The position numbers and the translations under genes were made by a program. Source: Lama glama (lineage: Eukaryota). From it: a stretch of DNA of 64,000 bases. Below are positions 1 to 11,530 of the stretch, piece by piece (position 1 is the stretch's first letter; each line of letters opens with the position of its first letter). The notes beneath the pieces were generated by a model. It saw only the letters and a list, made by a program, of their open reading frames with translations. It had not been told where the DNA came from and ran no database searches. The stretch spans positions 81,780,001 to 81,844,000 of the forward strand of contig CM052816.1 of the NCBI GenBank assembly GCA_028534125.1, given 5' to 3'.

Positions 1-774
1 AGTTATAGCAGGGGGTTCGGGTCATGAGGAATCAACATAGCTGCCAGGAGCCCACCCTCTGACCCTGAATGTGGTGAGGGCAGGGAAGGAGTTTTCAGAA
101 AAGGAAAAATTATTTCAAGAGTACAGACATCATCAAGGAAATTTAGTCTTATTAAGTTGTTCATGGGCTACATAATCTTTCAGTTCCATACCTATAATTG
201 GGAATTTTCCTTCCAGCCCCCTTTTTGGTCAACTTCTTTTCTAGGATTCTCTATAAATAAAGGAAGTAGAGGCATTCCCACCCACTGCAACGATTTGAGA
301 CGACTCAGGGCATATGAAAAGATACACAATCTTACAACACTACTGTGGAAAGTGTGATTCTTCCACAACATCCAAGGAAAGCTTCCAGGGTCAAATATTC
401 CAGTGAACAGAATGTTGACCCAGAGGAGACACAGAAATCTGCAAATGGTTACAAATACCAACATCCCTCCATGGTTGGTCTGTGTAAAGGTCTTAAGAGC
501 TTCTCATCCTGAAGATCAATCCAGTTCAACAGGGAGTAGAATTTGCGGTCATGGAGGTCTACTGAAATGGTACAGTTCACTTTGGTCTACCATACATAAT
601 TCTCCAATTACTTTCCCATCTCAAGCAAATAGCCATGATAATTTAAATTAATTTTGAGTAGCTTGAAGCTGACAGCCTTAACATTCAAAACAAACGCTTC
701 TGTCCCAGAGGTAATTTACTGATATGGTGTTAGAAACTACCAACATTCTTGGACCGCCTTTCAGCTGAGTCCTA

Positions 775-1004
775 TATTCTCAGCAGAATGACGTCACCCA
801 CAAGGGGTGACAACTGGTGGTGGTAGGATGCCCCCCCCCAAACTTAGATATTATAATGGTTAATGCCCCACTCCCCTACAAAGCTCAATCCCATCTGACA
901 ATTATTCCTTGGTATTTAATTTCTTGTGTTAGAATTTAAATTAAATTAAAATTTTCTCCAGGGTGAGAGAAGGAGGACAATAATGAAAAAGACTGAAAAA
1001 CACT
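775..1004. mobile_element. hAT-Charlie MITE, MER106-like
   Basis: Contains 'aacttagatattataatggtt', 'aaagctcaatcccatctgaca...ttccttggtatttaatttc' and ends 'ataatgaaaaagactgaaaaacact', matching the recalled MER106 consensus and a Charlie-type terminus. Confidence 0.65.
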
Positions 1005-1329
1005 AAGTGAAACCAGTTCCCTACCCAAACTCACAAGCCCCGAGTCACCTGAAAACTGAGCTTAAGTCCTTAACCTGGTAGTGGGTATAAAAATGTCTTC
1101 TGGTTTATCCAGAACTTGCCTCAAAATCAGATTCACACTGGACTGTCTGGTACTAACTTCCTCTCCCAACTGCTTTGGATTCTAAATCAGATTCTATTCT
1201 GACCTCTCCTAAGTTCAAATTCTCCAACCTCCATCTAATCTTCCTTCTGGACTGGACTCCTCTTTTGGCTTTTAGAAAATGCTCACATTTTAAAAGGAAA
1301 CAAGTATTGATTAAATATTTACTACTGGT

Positions 1330-1700
1330 TTATTCAACGGATGTTCAATGAGTGCCCATCACGTGCTGGGCCCTGAACAAAACAGTCAATGTTCCTACAG
1401 AGCCTCATGAAGCCTGTGTTCTGAGGATGGCAAAATAGTAAACAAAATACAGTAATGTCAGATGGTGATTAGCACTGTGAAGAGAATTATGGTCGTGTCA
1501 GAGGATAGTGAGGGATGGACATATGAAGGGATCAGGAAAAGCCCCTCTGAGAAGAGACTTGAATAAAGTGAGAGACGGAGGGAAGAGAGAATGTGTGGGA
1601 AAGCTGTTCTTGGCCGAGAGGACAGCAAGTGCAAAGGCCCTGAGGTCAGAGCCCACTCGCTCAGCTGCAGGGGTGAGTGAGGAGGATGGGGTGGCTACAA
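1330..1700 (-). mobile_element. L2 LINE 3' fragment
   Basis: 'tattcaacggatgttcaatgagtgcc...cagcaagtgcaaaggccctgagg', typical antisense L2a 3' end. Confidence 0.8.
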
Positions 1701-1824
1701 GAAGGGTGTGAAAGGGAAGTGCCTGCTCTGTGCTGGCTGCTTCCCCATTGTTTCGTTTGCTCTCCAATCCTCACAACCACCTTATAAAACAAGGGCCTCT
1801 GACCTCATTTTACCAACACTGGCT

Positions 1825-2060
1825 AATGGCTGCTGTTTTCTGAGCATCGCCACATGTCAGACACTGTTCCAAATGAGTACTTTCCGTGGATTAACTTATT
1901 CAATCACCACAACAATATTGCTTGGAGATATTGTTAGGAGGCACTTTTTAAATGCTCAGAAAAAGTAACAGAAACAGAGAGGCTAATTGATTGGCCCAAG
2001 GTCCCACAGTAAATAAAAGAACCAGGACCAGAATCCAGATCCACTGGACAGAGCCTTGCT
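1825..2060 (-). mobile_element. MIR SINE
   Basis: 'cagagaggctaattgattggcccaaggtcccacag' is the antisense MIR core. Confidence 0.75.
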
Positions 2061-2205
2061 CCTCTCTGCATCAGCACGCCGCCTGCCTGCTTCTGACAAG
2101 CTCAGCCTGCTGCACTCGTACCCAGCTTCCCCAAGGCGGCACCCTGCCTGGTGATCTCTGCTCCACCGCCTCCAACGGATCTCCTACGATAACTAAGCAG
2201 CAGCC

Positions 2206-4107
2206 TGAGTCAGAAGTTTGGGGCTGCTGCCTGACAGCCCTTCTCTCTTTCTTCCTTTATTTTGTTGGGCGTGGTGATGTTTTCATCTAAAACCAGCCTC
2301 TCTTGGAAGTACAGTTTGCTCCACAACTTAGTTCTGGCCAATGATGAAAGTGGAAATTTTTGGGTGGGGCTCACACCTACATACCTTAAAGCAGACATGA
2401 AAGGAAAAATAACCCCCCATGCTGTTTAATCACTGTTATTTGGATTTTTCAAAATCCAACCAATTAGCTGAATTAAACTCCCTACAAGTACACATTGTGG
2501 TACCTGGAAGTGAGGAAACTCAAAGTAACAGAACCTAAAGTGTGGAACTAGATGAGGGAGGGAGGGAGGCAGATGCCAAGGACTCAGATACTGCTCGCTG
2601 TACTTGGACTATTCGGTCCACCTGGAGACTGCTGTGCACTGGAAAGTCACTGATGTGTTGACTGAGGGTGTGGTGCTGGAGAAGATGGTAGGAAACATTT
2701 AGAATATTGGTGGTGCTTTGTCACTCACAGCAAAGTCCTGAGCTCCTCAACTCAGGTGGCAAGTGAGACGGGAAGAAATCCCTCTCTGCTAAGGGACTCT
2801 TGACACTGGGCCTGAGAGGCCCACATTTGGACCCTGGCAGGGCTGAAATAGGCTGCTTTATTAGAAGTGGGTGGCAGTGCCCTAATCAGATAGAGGGGGT
2901 GAGCCTGCTGCCAACGGTGTGATTGTCCATGAGAGGCCAGCATTTCAGCTGTTCCCAGGACCATACGCGAAATAGCAAACATCAAGTTAAAACTGAGGGA
3001 GATGGGCAGAACTCATCAACTAGAATGTAAAGGAAAGAATTCATCAGGAGTTGACCAGAGGCCTGAGTTTGTGAAGGAACTCTATTGCCAAAACACCCAA
3101 AGCTGGTTTGCAACAGCCTGGGATGCTTAAAGCCCTATAGTGATCTTGCAACACTTCCTCTCCCCCGCCCTTCCCCAGCAATTCACATCAGTAAGAAGCA
3201 GGCTTGATGATGTGTATAGCCCCCAGGGAGGGTGTCCTCCCCAAGCGCACCACAGAAGCGGCTGTGGAAGACAGTGAATGAGGAGTAACCCCCAGAGAGA
3301 GGCAAGGGCCACAGAGAGCAAGGGACAGGGGTTCCTGCCACAAGAACCAGGGCTGGACCCTTGCTGTTCTTGCCAGGGGGATCTGGTCATTGCTAAGGAC
3401 AGTGATGGCTGTGTTGCCCAACCCTCCTTTTATAAATGGGTTTTTTTCCATCATAGTTATTCTGTACCTTTCCCAGTATTGCACGTTAGGTGTGTTGGAG
3501 CTTGGTTGCAAGGAGTTATATCCAGAACTGATGGAGAGGACCACACATCACCCAGAGATCCAGGGCTCTAATCTTGATATGCCAACTATGTGAGTCTTGA
3601 ATGCCTTCTCCCCTGGGGATGGAGAGTCTATCCCATGTATTGAAAGAAGGGTATATCTGAGTAACCAAAGGAGGGAACTGTGGCTAGTTGCCTACATAAC
3701 ATTCTTTCTCTTCTCTTACTTTCTAACAGAAATCACCTGTGTTTGAAGAGCAAGTACTCAACCAAAAAACTATGATTCTTAGTGTTCCTTCAGAGTGGGT
3801 TGGTCATAACGTAGGGTCTTGGCCCATGAAGTTGTTGGGTGAGTCTATGAGAGAGGTTCATTTCTCATGGGGTTTCCTTTTTCATGCTTAAAATACATAC
3901 ACGATGGCTGGAGCTTTAGCAGCCATCTTGTGACCAACGATAAGGCAAAGACCTGACTTCCTTGAGCAGCTGTACCAACCCTAGACGCTCTACCTACCCT
4001 AGACGCTCTACCTCTAGACTTACTGTATGAGAGAAAAACAGGCCTCTACCTTGTTTAAGCCCTGTTAGACATTCCATTATACGTGAACAAAATTCCTAAT
4101 GAATCCA
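2206..4107 (+). mobile_element. MaLR provirus (MLT1J-like): 5' LTR ~2206-2491, internal region ~2492-3678, 3' LTR 3679-4107
   Basis: 5' LTR has 'agttctggccaatga...gggtggggct'. Internal start 'ggtacctggaagtgagg...taacagaacctaaagtgtgg' resembles MLT1-int. A purine tract 'aaaggagggaac' precedes 'tgtggctagttgcctac'. 3' LTR has 'gatggctggagc...gcagccatcttgtgacca' and 'ccttgtttaagcc'. Confidence 0.7.
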
Positions 4108-4410
4108 TTGCTTTAATTCACTCTTGACCCTCATATTCAAGGTCTGGAATATAATTTTGTCAATTAGCAGCTATTATTGAATTCCTACCTTGATTCAGGG
4201 GTACCACCACCACCAGCAATAAACAGGGCATGTTTCTGTCCCTTTAAGAGCTAAAGTGAATTCACCTAGTGGTTTACTAGTACCACTGTGCAGTCCTGCG
4301 TATTACAAACAAATCTACAATTGATTGAGAAACATAAATAAAAATGATCGTGACTCCTTTAGGTTGGCTTATGTTTTGGAAGAGCAACATATTGGCTAAT
4401 TTTTAACTAT

Positions 4411-4910
4411 NNNNNNNNNNNNNNNNNNNNNNNNNNNNNNNNNNNNNNNNNNNNNNNNNNNNNNNNNNNNNNNNNNNNNNNNNNNNNNNNNNNNNNNNNN
4501 NNNNNNNNNNNNNNNNNNNNNNNNNNNNNNNNNNNNNNNNNNNNNNNNNNNNNNNNNNNNNNNNNNNNNNNNNNNNNNNNNNNNNNNNNNNNNNNNNNNN
4601 NNNNNNNNNNNNNNNNNNNNNNNNNNNNNNNNNNNNNNNNNNNNNNNNNNNNNNNNNNNNNNNNNNNNNNNNNNNNNNNNNNNNNNNNNNNNNNNNNNNN
4701 NNNNNNNNNNNNNNNNNNNNNNNNNNNNNNNNNNNNNNNNNNNNNNNNNNNNNNNNNNNNNNNNNNNNNNNNNNNNNNNNNNNNNNNNNNNNNNNNNNNN
4801 NNNNNNNNNNNNNNNNNNNNNNNNNNNNNNNNNNNNNNNNNNNNNNNNNNNNNNNNNNNNNNNNNNNNNNNNNNNNNNNNNNNNNNNNNNNNNNNNNNNN
4901 NNNNNNNNNN
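4411..4910. other. Assembly gap, exactly 500 N
   Basis: Counted N run. Confidence 0.98.
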
Positions 4911-5275
4911 GGTTCTTCTGCAGGAGCTAAGACCCCCACGCAGGTCGAGGATGGAGACTACATGCCGGGAACAAGCATGTGGACCCCAGACTGGCTGGAA
5001 CCAGAAGGCTGATGACTGAGATCCTAGAACCCATCCCCTGCCCCGTTACCTCTCCACCAACCTATCAGAGGAAGGCCCCACACCCTGCAGCCCTCCTTCG
5101 CCAAATTTTTCCTTTAAAACATCTTCCCTGAAAACCATCAGGGAGTTCGAGTCTTTCAAGCAGGAGCCACCCATTCTCCTTGCTCGGCCATGCAATAAAC
5201 CTTTCTCTGCTCCAAACTCCAATGTTTTGGTTTGTTTGGCTTTACTGGATGTTGCGCAGACGAACTTAGGGTTGA
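4911..5275 (+). mobile_element. ERV1-class LTR, 5' part lost in the gap
   Basis: TATA-like 'cctttaaaa', then 'agggagttcgagtcttt...ttctccttgctcggccatgcAATAAAcctttctctgctccaaac', an R/U5 layout typical of laurasiatherian ERV1 LTRs. Confidence 0.7.
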
Positions 5276-7321
5276 AGAATGAAGTAGGGAGAAAATAAGA
5301 CCAGAGGTAGCAGAAATGGAAAGAAACCAGGTGGGAAAACATCAAATTCTACTCTGGGCACTGCCACAATGGCCTTGGGGAGAAGTCTGGGCAGATGAAG
5401 AGGCTGGACCCACTGTCTAAGATCCTGCTGTTGTTGCGTCTATGCTAATGTCCAGGGGCATGTGCGTAGTTGGAAGATGAGGCTGGGGAAGGCCACTGGC
5501 AGGCCAGGGAGACACCACAAGGTGAGCCTGATCTTGGTGAACTTCCCACCATCCATGCCTTCAGGTTCCCAGGCTCAGAAATGCATTTTTTTTCAGCACA
5601 TTGAAAGATACAGTTACCAGCAAGAAGGCTCTTTCATTAACTTTCAGTTGGAAATACAATTCCTAAGTGGGGAAGAGGTTTGCATCAGTCTGATCAATGC
5701 CTGTTTTCCCTGAAGGCAGGAGGCAGAGGAAGGCAAACCTCAGAACGAGGAGAACCTGGTGAGTGAAAGAGGACTCCCCAGCTAAGGCGCCCTCTCTCAC
5801 ACCAGCCTGGACTTCCCAAAGGAAACTGTCTGCATAGCCAAGACTCCCCTCCACCCGACGACACCTGGAAAGGCATTGCTCACACCTGGCTCCTGCAGGT
5901 TTTTTTCCTGTTCTCTACACTAACTACCCTTTTCCTATTTATACCCCTTTCTCCTAACCACAAACCATAACATCAGTAAGCGTTGATGTCTATTCTTTGA
6001 ATTATAGGCACAATCATATTTCAGTCCAGCCTCCCCAAGATTCCTGAGTTTTGGCTTCTATACGCTTTTATGGATAATTTCTTAATTTGGGTGCTCCTGA
6101 GGCTGGCTATTCAACTGTGGATGATGTAAACTAGTAAGTTTAATTCTCAACACAGAAATTTGTCTTCTTTATTTCAGAATTGTGGGGTGGGGGTCTCATT
6201 ATTGCCCCCAGCTACTCCTGATACCTTTCAGATTTAACCAAACTACAGGAGACCACAAAGCGGCCAAGCGGCAGGCCCTCTGCAGCACGGCTCTGATCTG
6301 CGCACACTGGTGCATGTGAGCGCCTGAGCGAGGCGAGGGCAGGAGGCACAGAACGACAGTCATCAAGGAAAAGCCAGGGGAGTCGGTGTTTTCACCGCTC
6401 TTGACCCGGAGCCCTGCCGAGGAGCCTTATGCTACAGAGACCGCAGACAGCTCCAGCACTCCCCGGAGCCCTGCGGCCCCGTTGCAGCATCCCCGCTACA
6501 CAGATGGGGGAACAGATTGTGAAGGGACCCGCAATTCAGGCGGCAGGCAGAGAGCTAGGTGTCCATGACGTCACCCGGCCAGCACTCACTTGGGATGGGA
6601 AGCGGGCTCTCGTCCACCAGGCAGAGCCTCTCGCCAGGAAAACAGGGAATGGAACCAAAAAAATCCTTTATAGTTCCCTGTATTGGAGGGAATGTAGGCA
6701 CTGGGGCACATCTATATGGGGAGACATACTGTAGGCAGTTGGATCTGTTATGGGTTTAAAGTCTGAGAAAGGAAGTCTAGTTTTTCCACGGTGAAGCCTG
6801 GGGAGATAGGTGCTGTGGGAAAGAGAGGCTCCCAGGTAACCTGCTGATGCAGGGACTTGCCAAGATTAGCAAAATGGCCATCCCCTGCCACCCACCAGGT
6901 TCCGCTGAGGCACTTCCAACATACTTTAAGCACCCTGGTCGTTCCCCCTGCAAAGCTGAGCGAGTGCCAAGTCGGACTCTAAAGGAATCCTGTGCAAATA
7001 ACTGAAGACCTGTTCTCAACTTGAAATCGCAAGTCTCTTCGCCTGAGGAGGTAATTAAAAACTTGGCCCATCTCCCCAAGCAGACGCTCTCGCCCCTGCC
7101 TGGCGGGCCCCGGGCCCTGGCGCTGCCCTCTCCTACTCCATCTGGTTGTTCCTCTTCCCACCCATTGCTCTCCAGGACTCCCTCCGTGACAGCTTCCACC
7201 TAAGTCCTTTCCCAGGAGTCTCACAACGAGAAAAGAAATAGAAAGATGCCTGTGCTCCTGGGGTCCCTGGGGTCTACAAGATAAACACGGATGAAGCCAA
7301 TGAGGATTCCTCAGGGAGGAG

Positions 7322-7410
7322 TCATTCGTCCATTCACTCATTCTTTTAACAAATATTTACTGAGTGCAATAAACAAAGTGACATCCTCACCCTTAGGAAC
7401 TTAAAATCTG
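7322..7410 (-). mobile_element. L2 3' terminus
   Basis: 'cattcactcattc...aacaaatatttactgagtgc'. Confidence 0.6.
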
Positions 7411-7411
7411 A

Positions 7412-7525
7412 AGCAGTCTTCCAAAGCTGCGCCAAGCCTTAAAGTCATGGAGGCCATGGTGGTTTTCAGATATCTGCATTTTTAATAAGCATTTCAGGTA
7501 ATTCTGATGGCCCTTGAAACTATTG
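7412..7525. mobile_element. MER5-like hAT-Charlie fragment
   Basis: 'atctgcatttttaataagcatttcaggtaattctgatg'. Confidence 0.6.
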
Positions 7526-7631
7526 GTTGGGTAACGAGATATCGACTACTCCATGACTCAGAATGGAGACCATGGGAAGAAAGCCACCTCTAATGTCGTA
7601 ATGTCTCAGGATCCCTCCATTTCTCATCCAG

Positions 7632-8712
7632 GTTGGGCTATTAGATTTAGAAAATAAGAACATTTATTATTTGCCCCACCAAAAAATGCTCAACATCGCT
7701 AGCTATTAGAGAAATGCAAATCAAAACTACAATGAGGTATCACCTCACACCAGTCAGAATGGCCATGATTAAAAAGTCTACAATTTATAATATATGCTGG
7801 AGAGGGTGTGGAGAAAAGGGAGCCCTCCTATACTGTTGGTAGGAATGTAAATTGGTGCAACCACTATGGAGAACAATCTGGAGGTTCCTTAAAAACTAAA
7901 AATAGAGTTACTATATGATCCAGTAATCCCACTCTTGAGCATATATTCAGAGAAATCTCTAATTCAAAAAGATACATGTACCCCAGTGTTCATAGCAACA
8001 CTATTTACAATAGCCAAGACATGGAAGCAACCTAAATGTTCACTGACAGATGACTGGATAAAGAAGTTGTGATGTACACAGACACACACACACACACACA
8101 CGAATATTATTCAGCCATAAAAATGAATGAAATAATGTCATTTGCAGCAACATGGATGGACCTAGGGATTATCATACTAAGTGAAGTCAAAGACAAATAT
8201 CACATAATACCACTTATATGTATAACCTAAAAAAAAAAGACAAAAACAAACAATTTACAAAATAAAAATAGACTCATAGACATAGAAAACAAACTTATGA
8301 TTACCAGAGGGGATAGGGTTGGCGGGGAAGAGAAATTAGGAGTTTGGGATTAACAGATACACACTACTATATATCAAGTAGATATATAGTCAATATCTTG
8401 TAATAACCTGTAATGGAAAAGAATCTGAAAAAGAATAGACATATATCTGAATCACTTTGCTGTACACCTGGAACTAACACAATACTGTAAGTCAACAATA
8501 CTTCAATAAAAAAATAAGAATATATAGTGCCCAGTTAAATACAAATTTCAGACAAAAATTGAGGAATGTTCTTCTATGTCCAAATATATAGTATATCTTA
8601 ACATATGTATGTTCCATGCAATATTTGGGACACCCTTACACTAAAATTGTATTCATTGTTTATCTGACATTGAGGTTTAACTAGACATCCTATATTTCGC
8701 ATGGCAACCCTA
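7632..8712. mobile_element. MER53 palindromic MITE split by an L1 insertion (pieces ~7632-7663 and ~8511-8712)
   Basis: 'agatttagaaaataagaa' ... 'tgcccagttaaat...aatttcaga', 'tatgttccatgcaatatttgggaca', 'tgtttatctga...tttaactagacatcctatattt...tggcaacccta' match the recalled MER53 consensus. Confidence 0.8.
7681..8510 (+). mobile_element. 5'-truncated L1 (ORF2 C-terminus plus 3' UTR)
   Basis: 'gaaatgcaaatcaaaactacaatgaggtatcacctcacaccagtcagaatggcc' encodes [18 protein letters not shown]. Ends at aataaa and an A-tail. TSD aaaataagaa(c/t)at at 7651-7663 and 8511-8523. Confidence 0.95.
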
Positions 8713-9344
8713 GACATATCCCCTTCCAAAATGAAGCTTGTGGAACCTCTGAACTGCATGTCTTCCCTGCCCTCTGTGACGCAATCCTACCCAGCATCTC
8801 TGTTTCTGCCTCAACAGGCCTTTCACTTCCTCTGGATGCAAGGATCACCCATGGTCCAGGGCCACCCATGCTAGGCAGGCAGGGAGTGAACGAGCCAGCT
8901 CTGGGATCATCATTCATCACCTTACTCAAAGGAACTTCTCTTCCCAGCTCCCTGTCAGCTCAGCCTCTGGTCTCTTGTGCCCAAATCTGCAAATCCCATC
9001 CTAGGCGCCTTCCTTGAATGCCCTGCTTGCCTATAAATACTGGTCCTCTCTGGCCAGCTGACCTCTTGTTCCACGTAGTACAACTGTGTCATAAGGATGA
9101 AAGGAGACAAGGAGCTAAAAAAATGTTTGAAACAACACAAGAAGTACTCTACCTGCAATTGTCAAACCATGATCTTACGACCATAATCTCCTGTGTGGTT
9201 ACAACCACAGCTGCTCTGATTTTATCAGCTTTGCTCATTTTTCTTGGTAAGATTTTATTTGAATGAACTAGCTAAAAAAAAAAAACTGTTTGAAAGTCAC
9301 TAGAATATACAGCTGGCAACTCATTCTATGGCTTATTTTGAGTT

Positions 9345-9850
9345 GTTGAGGACACAGTTGTCTACCCAGTATCCATTCCCTCTTTTTTACCCCCAACAGA
9401 ATTCTGATTTTTGTTCAGGGATTCAACGAACCTCTGCTACACAGCAGGTGCCTCAGCTCTACAGAGGGACCTAACTGATCAGCGCTAACATCCTTCCCTC
9501 ACCTGCAGTGGTTTCAGGAATAGGCATGTGACCCAACACTGGTCAGTGGGTCGTGAGGTGAAGCCTTCCCAGGGTGTTCTGGAAAAATCCAGCCTCACTC
9601 CTAAGAGAAAGTGCCCAGAAGCGATGGTCCCTCTTCTTCCTCTGATGTCGTCAGGGCTGAGTCAGATGCCTAGAACTGATGCTGCCATCCTGATAAAGCC
9701 TGAGATGAAGCTTAATGCTGAGGCTGGTAGAGAGAGAAACTGAAGCTGGGGTCTCGATGACATTATGGACAATGGAGAATCACTGAACATCCTTTCTGTT
9801 GAAGCTGGTTTGAATAGAATTTGTGTTATTTGCATTCACAGAACAACCTG
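9345..9850 (+). mobile_element. MaLR solo LTR (MLT1J/K-like)
   Basis: 'gtctacccagtatccattccctc...aacagaattctgatttttgttcaggg', 'ggcatgtgacccaa', 'tagaactgatgctgccatcctg'. Confidence 0.75.
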
Positions 9851-10744
9851 TTGTGGTTTTGATGTGATTTTGTGCTTGGAGCTTCTATTAAAAGGGAATG
9901 TCAAAGGCAGACATTTAAATGTAAACTTCTGAGATTTGCAGCAATAAAAGGTAGCTCTACCTGCCTCTCTTTCTATTTCTGAGGGCAGAAATTTACTCAT
10001 CCTCACTTCTCTACAGATATTACTCACAGTAGGAGCGGAAGTGACTAGCTTTCCCTTTTCTATGAGTTTGGCTAAAAATAGCTCTAGTTTACTGTTTGTT
10101 GATAAAGTGTTGAAAATAAATTTACTCCTCCCTCAAGCAAAACCTCCATATTTAATCATTCTCAGACCCACAAGAAGCAGCATATGATGTCTGGACTGCC
10201 TTACGCATTTTTCTCTGGAGCACAGGCAGAGGCCACTGTCCCTCGGCTATCTTTAAGGTGCAGAATCCCACAGCCCATGAACCTAGTCCTGGGCCAACTA
10301 CACCCCACTCTGCTTTCATGCCCTTGACTTTTCCTGCCACCTTCTATCCCGTGAGTGTTGAGCAAGCCCCCTGGCTTGGAACTACCACTCTGGAAACTTT
10401 CTAGCCATGCTGCCTTCTCCTGTTTTAAACATTTCCATAAACCAATACATCATTTCTTCAGAAGAGGGTTGACTCTGGGCTCTTGACTCTGAAAAAGTAA
10501 GTTTGCATCTCAGGGATTCTAAATAGTACCGTCAAGCCACTAGAAACTAATGACATCTTCATTCTACCAGCAAAGACACAACTAAAGCAGTGGATGGCTC
10601 CAAGCCAGGGGCTCTTATTTCAGTACGGTAAGACCGAGACATAGTATGGGAGGAAAAGAAAATATAATATGGATTAATCACGGACACTAATAAAAACCAA
10701 CACATGAAACTGGCAAGAGGATAAAAACAGGCATAGCAAATCAA

Positions 10745-10885
10745 GGCAATTCATTCCATAAATACTTACTGAGTGCCTACCACCCTGTGCCAGGCAGGAC
10801 CACAAGTTGCTAAAAATACAAACTAAGTTCTGTTTCTGCCCTCAAGAGAGTCCCAGTTTTCCTAGGGACAGACACATAAATAACC
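10745..10885 (-). mobile_element. L2 3' terminus
   Basis: 'ttcattccataaatacttactgagtgcctac...tgtgccaggc...ctgccctcaagag'. Confidence 0.7.
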
Positions 10886-11406
10886 TAAGATGAATCTGAA
10901 AGAATGAAAGACTCCACAAAGTGGGAATTTCGGAAGGCAGGAGTCATGTACACAAGCCACTTCATATGGAATTCTCAGAGTAAACACACAGACTTTTTAT
11001 TCCAGCAAAAAAGCTGGTGCGGAGGGTGCGCCGGCTAGCGGGCGGGGGGTGGGAGGTGGTTCTGTTTGGCCCTCCCTCCTGTTCCCCGGAGTTTGACCTT
11101 CCACAAGGAGGCAGTGGATTTCGGTTGTCTGGTGGCTTTATTTCTGTAATTATTTAAGCGAAGTGATATAACCAGATTTGTGATGTCATTCTAGAAAAGT
11201 ATCCATATGGGAAAATGTTCACCATCACACCGGAGGAAGAAGGTTACAAAGTAGTTTTATTTTCATTCCTAAACAATCTCTTTGAGGGAGAGTCACGAAA
11301 ACGCTAACTGTTTCATCTCCGGAAAATAAGTCCATGAGTGGTTTTTCACTTTTACACACCTGCATTTTCTAAATGCTTATGAACATACATGACTTTGCTG
11401 ATTTTT

Positions 11407-11530
11407 CAAATTTCTTTTTTCAAGTGCTATTTTATTTTTAATTTTTTTCTCAGTGAGGGTACTGAGGACTGAACCTGGGACCTTGTGCATGCTGAGCATG
11501 CAGTCTACCACTAAGCTACACCCACGCCCT
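11407..11530 (-). mobile_element. tRNA-Ala-derived SINE (camelid Vic-1 type)
   Basis: Reverse strand reads 'gggtgtagcttagtggtagactgcatgctcagcatgcacaaggtcccaggttcagtcctcagtaccctc' followed by an A-rich tail. TSD acttt(g/a)ctgattttt at 11392-11406 and 11532-11546. Confidence 0.85.

Noticed and set aside
299..406. 'QHYCGKC' in a + frame resembling the RPS27A zinc-finger end (HYCGKC)
   Set aside because: Only six residues match and the flanks do not resemble RPS27A; no poly-A or TSD. A tblastx search of 150-650 would settle it.
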